In this document: one piece after another, positions 47,871 to 55,131 of the stretch | Numbering within the stretch: the first letter of the stretch is position 1 | How the letters are laid out: every line of letters starts with the position of its first letter | Origin: Rhodospirillales bacterium | GTDB lineage: Bacteria; Pseudomonadota; Alphaproteobacteria; UBA8366; JADFVY01 | Length of the DNA stretch: 64,000 nucleotides | NCBI GenBank assembly: GCA_020356105.1 | Contig: CP070634.1 | Span: 3,611,353-3,675,352, forward strand | Direction: 5' to 3' | Made by a program: the position numbers and the translations under genes | Notes under the pieces: model-generated | What the model was told of the DNA's origin: nothing | What the model saw: only the letters and a program-made list of their open reading frames with translations | Databases searched by the model: none

Positions 47871-48921
47871 TTTCCCTGACCAGCGCGAGCTTCTCGGCGA
47901 CCGTCGCCGAGATTGCGAACGGGTAGGCGTCGGGCAGCCCCATGCTGCGATTGAGATCGTTGAGCGCGACCGTCAATTCGTGCCAGTCGGTCAGGGATTC
48001 CTGAAGCCAGGTCGTCGGATCGGCGGGCATCCCCCCGATCGCCCGGCCGCGGACGGAAAGATTCAGATCCTCGGCGGTTTCCAGCGTATCGACCATATGC
48101 AGGTAGTGGGCCCAGGTCTCGGCCCAGTCTTCCCATGGATGGGCGGCGGCGTAGGCGCTGATATGGCGCGCCGGCCATTTCTCGGGCGGCCCGTCCCGGT
48201 AATAGCCCGCGAGCGCTTCGTCGTAATCCGTTCGTTCGTCCCCGAACAGGGTGCGGAACGGCGCCAACCACGCGGTATCACGGACCAAAAGGTCCCAGTA
48301 GTAATGCGCGATCTCGTGACGAAAATGGCCAAGCAGCGTGCGGTATCCCTCATTCAGGTTCTCGCGCATCCGCTCGCGCGCACCGGGGTCCGCCTCCTCG
48401 ATATTGATGGTGATGATCCCGTGCCGGTGCCCCGTCAGGATCCGGTGCTGGTCCCCCGCGGGATTCGAGAATTCGTCCGCCAGGGGCGCCGCATCGCGAA
48501 GAAATTCAAACGCCAGGCCCGCGTCGCCATCGACCGACTTGCCGAACACCGGGAGCCCGAGCGCGTCGAGGGTATAGACCAGCCGCCGCTTGGCGCGCTC
48601 GACGCGCAGCCAGAACCTACGGTTCTCCGGCACGCCGAGATCGGGAATCGTCCGGTTGAGGCGGCACGCATGGCAGAACGCATCATGGTCGTCGGCCGGG
48701 ATCATCCAGTTGCAGACCTGTTCCGGCTCATAATTCCGGCATTTGCGGTAGCGTCCGCCCGAACCGCCGGTCGTCGCCGGGGACCACAGATCGTCAGCCT
48801 CATGCTGCAGGGTGACGATTCGGCGATGCTCGGGCAGATATCCGACTTCGCGCCCGCAGTGAACGCAGACCGTGTTCTCGAAATAGAGGCGGTTGCCGCA
48901 ATGGCAATGAAACGTCTTCAT
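47794..48921 (-). CDS. Putative zinc metallopeptidase with N-terminal zinc-ribbon (HExxH family)
   Basis: 375 aa. The N-terminus is FHCHCGNRLYFENTVCVHCG...CHAC. The HExxH motif lies in GHFRHEIAHYYW. The downstream HPWEDWAETWAHY is typical of the 'zinc-binding metallo-peptidase' family. Its 3' end overlaps the Anbu 3' end by 77 nt. Confidence 0.75.
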   Translation of the reverse strand: MKTFHCHCGNRLYFENTVCVHCGREVGYLPEHRRIVTLQHEADDLWSPATTGGSGGRYRKCRNYEPEQVCNWMIPADDHDAFCHACRLNRTIPDLGVPENRRFWLRVERAKRRLVYTLDALGLPVFGKSVDGDAGLAFEFLRDAAPLADEFSNPAGDQHRILTGHRHGIITINIEEADPGARERMRENLNEGYRTLLGHFRHEIAHYYWDLLVRDTAWLAPFRTLFGDERTDYDEALAGYYRDGPPEKWPARHISAYAAAHPWEDWAETWAHYLHMVDTLETAEDLNLSVRGRAIGGMPADPTTWLQESLTDWHELTVALNDLNRSMGLPDAYPFAISATVAEKLALVREIIATAPRADPTLPPTRNGAVPTGPA

Positions 48922-49099
48922 CCGGCGTATTTCAATTCCAGGGCGTGATGTGCCGTTCAGGCAATACGGCAGAGCGGCACGGGCGTCAAACCTTCTTGAT
49001 CCGTCATGCGCATCTGCCGGACCAGGCTCCGCGGCGGGATGTCGCCGACGACCGCGCTTGTCCTGCGATCCTCGGAGCGAGTCAGCTGTCCGACCCGAT

Positions 49100-49256
49100 C
49101 AAATAATATAGATTTATATCAAAATATCGAGATATTATTTTCAAAATAAAAGAAAATGCTAATAAAATTATCAAATATATTTATTTTATTCTCCTTACAT
49201 AAATTCTTTCAGTGCCATACACTTCACGTTGAGAAATTTTTAATAAATGAATTATT
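49100..49256. promoter_or_regulatory. AT-rich island upstream of FecR paralog 1
   Basis: About 155 nt of mostly A/T in a GC-rich context. It contains the inverted repeat AATATC-ga-GATATT (49123-49136) and repeated TATCAAA(A)TAT motifs (49116-49127, 49169-49180). Confidence 0.5.
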
Positions 49257-49286
49257 GGGCCCTTGGTCCGGACATCGGGGGATATC

Positions 49287-50132
49287 ATGAGTCGCATTGG
49301 AAATCGCGGTGACCTCGGCCACGCTAGCTGGAAGAACGTGGCGGGCGTGCTGCTCATCAGTTGTCTTGCCGGGCTGGCGCCGGCGGTTGCCGCTGGCGGC
49401 CACTGGACGTTGGCGGCCGTCGATGGCACCGTCATGGTCTTCGCTCCCGGAGAAGACGACGCCGAGGCGAAACGGGGCTATCCGGTCGTCGTCGGCGCAA
49501 CCGTGGTTACGGGAGACGATGGTACCGCCACTCTGGTGCGACGCGGTGACAGCATCACCATCTCGCCTAACAGCGAGGTGACAATCCCGGACACGTCGGG
49601 CCTCGGCCATCTCGGTGTCGTGCAGAGCCTGGGCAAGCTGCTGTTCCGCATGGAAACGCGCGACTCCTACAATTTTGAAGTCAGAACGCCGTTTCTCGCG
49701 GCAACCGTGAAGGGCACGGTGTTCACCGTGGAAGTGGCGCAGAACCAGGCGACCGTGTCTGTCGACGAGGGGATGGTCCGCGTCGTGCCCGCGCGCGGCG
49801 GGCGCAGTGACATGGTGCGTGCCGGATACCGGGCTTCGGTGACGGCGGCCCGCTCCAACGAGGTTGCGGTCGAGAACGTATCAGGCCGTGGCGGTTCGCC
49901 CGCGACCAGCGCCGGCGGGCGCGGCAAAGGCAACGCGGGCGGCGATCGCGGTTCTTCCGGCAACCGTGGCGGCAATTCGAAGGGCGTCGGCGCGAAGGGT
50001 GGCGGTCCGAACGGCGGCGGTCCGAACGGCGGTGGTTCCAATGCTGGCGGCGCCGGTGTTGGCGGCTCGCCGGGCGACGACTCGCAGGGCGACGACTCGC
50101 AGGACGACGACGCCCAGGACGATCAGCAATAG
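49287..50132 (+). CDS. FecR-domain secreted protein, paralog 1, with Gly/Asn/Asp-rich repetitive tail
   Basis: ATG 49287 (GGGGGA upstream) with a signal/anchor (VAGVLLISCLAGLAPAVAAG). The FecR-like core is ...GDDGTATLVRRGDSITISPNSEVTI...FEVRTPFLAATVKGTVFTVEV.... Confidence 0.7.
   Translation: MSRIGNRGDLGHASWKNVAGVLLISCLAGLAPAVAAGGHWTLAAVDGTVMVFAPGEDDAEAKRGYPVVVGATVVTGDDGTATLVRRGDSITISPNSEVTIPDTSGLGHLGVVQSLGKLLFRMETRDSYNFEVRTPFLAATVKGTVFTVEVAQNQATVSVDEGMVRVVPARGGRSDMVRAGYRASVTAARSNEVAVENVSGRGGSPATSAGGRGKGNAGGDRGSSGNRGGNSKGVGAKGGGPNGGGPNGGGSNAGGAGVGGSPGDDSQGDDSQDDDAQDDQQ
50001..50117 (+). repeat. In-frame 15-nt tandem repeats in FecR paralog 1 tail
   Basis: ggcggtccgaacggc x2 exact (50001-50030) plus a degenerate third unit. 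ggcgacgactcgcag x2 exact (50073-50102) plus a degenerate unit. They encode GGPNG and GDDSQ repeats. Confidence 0.8.
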
Positions 50133-50273
50133 ACAAGGGCAAGAATGCCACATCCCGAGGGAGTGGGTTGCGGCGCGAATCTGCCGGATTCCAGCATGTG
50201 CTGCGGGCGCGATGGTGCGCCCCGGGATCCGGCGGACGCGCCGCCCGGGCATGTGAAGAAAGGCCGCCCTACG

Positions 50274-50396
50274 GATTAAAGAGTGTTAATGCATGAAGAA
50301 TCTCTAAAAAGAATTTAAAAATCGAAATAAAATCGAAATGTTTATTGTTACGAGAACATTAATATTCGCATAGACTTAAGTCGTATGAATTCTTTG
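50274..50396. promoter_or_regulatory. AT-rich island upstream of FecR paralog 2
   Basis: About 120 nt of A/T-rich sequence. It contains the direct repeat ATCGAAAT at 50321-50328 and 50332-50339 (11-nt period). Confidence 0.5.
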
Positions 50397-50438
50397 ACGG
50401 TTTGAATCCGCGCCAGGGTTCAGAGATCGGGGGACAAG

Positions 50439-51314
50439 ATGCTGTATTCTGGACATCGCAGCTACCCGCTTCATACCCGCTGCATGACATGGGCGGTTGC
50501 AGTTTTGGTTTCGGGCCTGGTGGGATGCAAATCGGTGGCCGCGGCCAGCGCCGACTGGACGATGGCGGTCGTGAACGGCGCCGCCATAGTGCTTGGCCCC
50601 GGCGGCGCGGGGCAGGTGGCAAGGCCGGGGTCTCCGATCTTGGCCGGCACGACATTGGTGACCGGCGATGATGGGATGGTGACGCTGGCGCGCCGCGGCG
50701 ACACGATCACGGTCTTTCCGAACAGCGAGATAACGATCGCGGATGAGTCGGCCGGTGAAGGGTCGGCGGTGACGCAAGGCTATGGTCGGCTGCAGTTCGA
50801 GCTGAACACCTTGGGGTCGCAGGATTTCCGGATCGAGACGCCTTATCTTGCCGCGAGCATGCAGGGGACGCTCTTCACCGTCGTGGTCTCGCGCGACGAT
50901 GCATCGTTGTCCGTCTCGGACGGCGTTGCCCGCGTCGCCACACGCAGTGGCGCGCGCGCGTTGACGGTACAGCAGGGCTGGGCCGCGGTGGCGCGGATCG
51001 AAAGCGGCGTGGTCGAACTGGCCGTGGGCCGTACGGGCGACGGTGGCGAGCTTGTCGAAGCGAGCCAGCTGGCGCCCGCCAGCGCCGCCGCCACGCAGCC
51101 CTCGGCGGCCGGGCCGAGCCGGGGCAAGGCGGCCTCCGGCCAGTCGTCAGGCGGTGGATCTTCGGGCGACAGCTCATCGCGGGACGAGGGATCGGCCGGC
51201 AAGGACAATGGCAAGGACAATGGGCGCGACAATGGTAAGGACAACGGCCGCGACAATGGGCGCGACAATGGCCGGGATAACGGCCGGGACAATGGCAAGG
51301 GACGCGATAAATAG
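50439..51314 (+). CDS. FecR-domain protein, paralog 2 (possible lipoprotein), with (DNGK/R)n tail
   Basis: ATG 50439 (GGGGGA upstream, as for paralog 1). It has a lipobox-like LVSGLVGC. The core is collinear with paralog 1 (GDDGMVTLARRGDTITVFPNSEITI...FRIETPYLAASMQGTLFTVVV). Confidence 0.7.
   Translation: MLYSGHRSYPLHTRCMTWAVAVLVSGLVGCKSVAAASADWTMAVVNGAAIVLGPGGAGQVARPGSPILAGTTLVTGDDGMVTLARRGDTITVFPNSEITIADESAGEGSAVTQGYGRLQFELNTLGSQDFRIETPYLAASMQGTLFTVVVSRDDASLSVSDGVARVATRSGARALTVQQGWAAVARIESGVVELAVGRTGDGGELVEASQLAPASAAATQPSAAGPSRGKAASGQSSGGGSSGDSSSRDEGSAGKDNGKDNGRDNGKDNGRDNGRDNGRDNGRDNGKGRDK
51204..51299 (+). repeat. In-frame 12-nt tandem repeat x8
   Basis: gacaatggcaag / gacaatgggcgc / gacaatggtaag / gacaacggccgc ... 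encode DNGK DNGR DNGK DNGR DNGR DNGR DNGR DNGK. Confidence 0.85.
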
Positions 51315-51506
51315 CGCCGTCGCCGCGACGGACCGCAGGGGTCGTGTGATGAAGACGGCGCGAGGTGAACCAGGATGTCAGGTGGCTGACCAAGAGGCGG
51401 TCGTGCAAACCGCGGATTGGAGCGCCTGAAAAAAACAACAAGGCGCGGGGCGAAAACCCGTTGCCAATCGCAGCAGGGGGGCGGCGGCGCCGTCGGTCGA
51501 TACGGT

Positions 51507-54362
51507 ATGGAGCACGGGACGAACAGACGCATGAGCGCAGATCCGACCACCACGAGAGGGTTGGGCCGCCTGCAGAGGCGTTGGGCTGTGCAGTTGGCGG
51601 CCCTCTTGCTGTCGGCGACGGTGTTCCTGATGGGCGGTTTTGATCCGCTGGAGCGTGCGCTCGTCGATCTGCGCTTCGAGCTGACCGGGCGCGATGCATC
51701 GGGCGAGCTCGTGATCGTGGCGATCGACCCCGAGAGCCTGCGGCAACTCAGCGTCTGGCCGTGGCCGAGGACGCATCATGCGGCCGTGGTCGACCGGCTG
51801 GTTGAGGCCGGTGCGGCCCGCATAGCTCTCGACATCGATTTCAGCTCGGCCTCGGACCCGGCGGCGGACGCCGCCCTTGCCGACGCCCTGGCCGGCGCAC
51901 CGGGACGCGTTATTCTGCCCGTGTTTCGCCAGAACGTGGCGCCCGCGGACGGACGGAGCGAAGTCGTCCACACGGCGCCGCTGCCATCGCTGCGGCGTCA
52001 TGCCCGTCTCGCATCGGTTAGCGCGGTCCCCGACGCCGACGGCCTCATCCGTCGCCATTCGATGAACGATTTCTGGCGTGAGCGGCTGGTGCCGACCATG
52101 CCGGGAGCGCTGACCGGCTGGACGTCCGCCTCGGCCGAGATATTCCACATCGATTACGGCATCCGTCCGGAATCGATCCCGATGGTCTCTTATGTCGACG
52201 TGATGCGGGGGCGTATCGATCCGAACCAGATCAGGGGCAAGGCGGTCATCGTCGGGGCGACCGCGGTGGAGCTGGGCGACGTGTATGCCGTGCCCCTGTA
52301 CAAGGCGCTGCCAGGGCCTGTCGTGCAGGCCCTTGCCTACGAATCGCTGGTGCAGGAGCGGACCTTGTACCGCGTTGCCGAATGGGTCGTCCTGTTCGGC
52401 GCCGCGCTTGTCGCCATCGGATTCGGGCGCCGTTTTCAGGCGTGGTCGTGGCGCCGTGGCGCGATTGTCCTTCTGGCCTTCACTGTGTCGCTGTTTGCCC
52501 TGGCCCTCGGCGCCCAGGCGGTGTTTCCCGTGCTCCTTGAACTGACGCCGTGTGCGGCTGTCGCGATCATGCTTTACGGAACCGCCCTCGTTCGTCGAAT
52601 CGACCGTCAGGAGCTCGTCCTGACCCTGCGCGGCAACCGGATGCGCCGTAACAACGCCTTGATGCGCAGCGTCGTGGAGAACAGTTCCGAAGCCATCCTG
52701 ACGATATCGGACGGCCTGATCATCGAACTCGTGAATCCGGCGGCCGCGCGCATGTTCGGCGAGGAGGCAAGCGAACTGACGGGCAGGGAGCTGGACGTGA
52801 TCCTTCCCGCCGTGAAGAATCGTGAAACTCTCGATGCCTGGCATGATAACGCCGAGCCGGGCATCGAGCTGCAGGCGATCGCGCGGGACGGCACCGGCTT
52901 CGAGATCGAGGCGATGGTCGACAAGATGTCGCTCGACGGCACCTGCCATTACATCCTCGTTGCGCGCGACATCACCGAACGCAAGGCGCAGCAGAACCTT
53001 CTCGAGTATCTGGCGCTGCATGATCCGCTGACCAGCCTGCCCAACCGCACCTTGTTGATGGACCGGCTCGACCATGCCATTGCCGCCTCGAAACGGAGCG
53101 GCAGCCAGCTCGCATTGCTGATCCTCGATCTCGACAGGTTCAAGGAGATCAATGATACGCTGGGTCATGGTGTCGGCGACTCCCTCCTGATCGCCGTCGG
53201 CCAGACACTCGGGGCCCCGCTGCGGGCATCGGATACGGTCGCGCGCCTGGGGGGGGATGAATTCGCGATCCTGCTGCCCGCGGTTTCCGGCCTCGAAGTC
53301 GCCCGCGACGTTGCGGAGCGGATTGCGGTGGCGACGAGCCAGCCGTTCCAGGTCGAGGATCTGACACTCGAAGTGGGCGTTTCGATCGGCGCCGCCCTCT
53401 ATCCCGATCACGGCGACAGCGCCGCGGAGCTGATGCGCGCGGCGGACGTTGCCATGTACGTGGCGAAGCGGGACGCCACGACCATCGCCATCTACGACGA
53501 GGACAGGGACCACAACAGCGTCCGCAACCTGTCCCTGGGCGGTGAACTGCGGCGCGCCATGGACGAGGACGAGCTCGTTCTCTTCTATCAGCCGCAGATC
53601 GAGCTAGCCGGCGGTCGACTGTCCAGCGCCGAGGTGCTGATCCGCTGGGACCATCCGCGGTACGGTCTGGTCCCACCGGTCGAGTTTATCACCCTGGCTG
53701 AGCAATCCGGGCTCATCGGTCCGTTGACCCGATGGATCCTGCGCTCCGCGCTCGCGCATCTCGGTGCCTGGCAGAGCGAGGGCTACGAGATCGGGCTGGC
53801 GGTGAATCTTTCCCCGCGCAACCTGCTCGAAGAGGATCTCGCGAGTTCGGTTGAGGAGCTTCTGGAAGTCCACTCGATCAAAGCCGACACCCTGACGCTC
53901 GAAATCACCGAAGACGCGATCATGACCGATCCCGAGCGCGCCCTAGGCGTGATCGGCAAACTCAGGGCGCGCGGCGTGCGCATCGCGATCGACGATTTCG
54001 GCACCGGCCATTCCTCGCTCGCCTATCTGACGACCCTGCCGGTGGACGAACTCAAGATCGACAAATCCTTCGTTCTGAACATGGGCGACCGCGGCACCGA
54101 TGCGCTGATCGTGCGCTCGATGATCGAACTGGCCCATGATCTGGATCTCAGCGTGGTGGCGGAGGGCATAGAGGACGAATCGGTTCTCGACTCGTTGCGC
54201 GAGCTCGATTGTGATGTCGGCCAGGGCTACCACATCGGCCGCCCGATGCGGCGCGAGGCGTTCGACCGCTGGATGCGCGCGCAGTTCGCTGCCGACACCG
54301 AGGAGGCAACGCGAGCTGCCGCTCCCGCGACGGCGCAACGCCGCACGGCGGCGCGGGGATAG
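51507..54362 (+). CDS. CHASE2-TM-PAS-GGDEF-EAL signalling protein (c-di-GMP turnover)
   Basis: Periplasmic CHASE2-like N-terminus (LVIVAIDPESLRQLSVWPWPRTHHAAVVDRL..ARIALDIDF), then TM helices and a PAS domain. The GGDEF domain is intact and has an RxxD I-site 5 aa upstream (RASDTVARLGGDEF). The EAL domain has EVLIRW, DDFGTGHSSL and KIDKSFV. Start is ATG 51507 or 51531 (the track starts at TTG 51417). Confidence 0.85.
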   Translation: MEHGTNRRMSADPTTTRGLGRLQRRWAVQLAALLLSATVFLMGGFDPLERALVDLRFELTGRDASGELVIVAIDPESLRQLSVWPWPRTHHAAVVDRLVEAGAARIALDIDFSSASDPAADAALADALAGAPGRVILPVFRQNVAPADGRSEVVHTAPLPSLRRHARLASVSAVPDADGLIRRHSMNDFWRERLVPTMPGALTGWTSASAEIFHIDYGIRPESIPMVSYVDVMRGRIDPNQIRGKAVIVGATAVELGDVYAVPLYKALPGPVVQALAYESLVQERTLYRVAEWVVLFGAALVAIGFGRRFQAWSWRRGAIVLLAFTVSLFALALGAQAVFPVLLELTPCAAVAIMLYGTALVRRIDRQELVLTLRGNRMRRNNALMRSVVENSSEAILTISDGLIIELVNPAAARMFGEEASELTGRELDVILPAVKNRETLDAWHDNAEPGIELQAIARDGTGFEIEAMVDKMSLDGTCHYILVARDITERKAQQNLLEYLALHDPLTSLPNRTLLMDRLDHAIAASKRSGSQLALLILDLDRFKEINDTLGHGVGDSLLIAVGQTLGAPLRASDTVARLGGDEFAILLPAVSGLEVARDVAERIAVATSQPFQVEDLTLEVGVSIGAALYPDHGDSAAELMRAADVAMYVAKRDATTIAIYDEDRDHNSVRNLSLGGELRRAMDEDELVLFYQPQIELAGGRLSSAEVLIRWDHPRYGLVPPVEFITLAEQSGLIGPLTRWILRSALAHLGAWQSEGYEIGLAVNLSPRNLLEEDLASSVEELLEVHSIKADTLTLEITEDAIMTDPERALGVIGKLRARGVRIAIDDFGTGHSSLAYLTTLPVDELKIDKSFVLNMGDRGTDALIVRSMIELAHDLDLSVVAEGIEDESVLDSLRELDCDVGQGYHIGRPMRREAFDRWMRAQFAADTEEATRAAAPATAQRRTAARG

Positions 54363-54406
54363 CCGCGCGCCGACCGCGTCGGCGTGGCCGGCGGGGTCGT
54401 CTGTTG

Positions 54407-54874
54407 TCAGAGAATCTCTATGATCGCGTCGACCTCGACCGATGCGTTCATCGGCAGCGACGCGACGCCCACGGCAAAACGCGCATGCTCCCCTTTCTTC
54501 TCGAATATCTCGACCATCAGGTCGGACGCGCCGTTGATGACCTGCGGGTGCTCGGTGAAGTCGGGGGTGCTGTTGACGAACCCGCCGAGCTTTACGATGC
54601 CGACGATCCGATCGAGATTTCCGCCCAGAGCCGCTTTTGCCTGGGAAAGAACGTTGAGGGCGCATTGGCGCGCCGCCATCTGCGCCTCGGGCACGAACAG
54701 ATCGGCCCCGACCTTGCCGGCGAACATCAGCTTGCCATTGTTCATCGGCACCTGTCCGGACACGTAAAGCAGACTGCCTGCGATGATGCACGGGACGTAG
54801 TTTGCGACCGGCGTCGCCGGCTCGGGCAGCGTGATACCCAGGTCCTTGATTGCTCTTGCGACGTCACCAGCCAT
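54407..54874 (-). CDS. RidA/YjgF/TdcF family protein
   Basis: Start at ATG 54874 (GGAGGA upstream): MAGDVARAIKDLGITLPEP...YVSGQVP...ARFAVGVASLPMNASVEVDAIIEI. The upstream 62 codons of the track ORF are non-coding. Confidence 0.85.
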   Translation of the reverse strand: MAGDVARAIKDLGITLPEPATPVANYVPCIIAGSLLYVSGQVPMNNGKLMFAGKVGADLFVPEAQMAARQCALNVLSQAKAALGGNLDRIVGIVKLGGFVNSTPDFTEHPQVINGASDLMVEIFEKKGEHARFAVGVASLPMNASVEVDAIIEIL

Positions 54875-55033
54875 GACCGTTCCTCCTTCAAGCCGCCCGC
54901 CGATCGCGCCGCGCCCTTGCGGGGACGTCTCGGCAGGTAACGCAACGATGCTCAGGCGAATATAACTTGTTGCGCGGTCCGCGCCACCTTGTAATCTTAC
55001 GGTCCGCGGTAATCGCGGCGTGCCGGGTCGACA

Positions 55034-55066
55034 CAAAAAAAGTCGGAGGGTGGACCCCACCCTCCT
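55034..55066 (-). terminator. Rho-independent terminator of nrdJ
   Basis: On the minus strand, GGAGGGTGG-ggt-CCACCCTCC is followed by GACTTTTTTTG, 66 nt after the nrdJ stop. Confidence 0.7.
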
Positions 55067-55131
55067 AGTTTACAGGGAGCACCAATCCAAACGCTTGCGC
55101 GGCCGACCCGGCTTGCCGCGCCGCGACCGTC

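Noticed and set aside
51204-51299. Tandem 12-nt repeats as a possible CRISPR-like or non-coding satellite array.
   Set aside because: The units are contiguous with no spacers. They lie in frame inside a well-supported ORF and encode a regular DNGK/DNGR peptide repeat.
51378-53513. 711-aa minus-strand ORF, and likewise the 654-aa plus-strand ORF at 56131-58095.
   Set aside because: They lie antisense to the CHASE2-GGDEF-EAL gene and to nrdJ respectively. Both are Arg/Gly/Asp/His-rich with no recognisable domains, while the sense-strand proteins are clearly real.
49100-54362. AT-rich islands as boundaries of a mobile element or genomic island.
   Set aside because: There is no integrase, transposase or tRNA, and I could see no flanking direct or inverted repeats. 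The enclosed genes have the same GC-rich codon style as the rest of the window. The islands sit exactly where promoters are expected.
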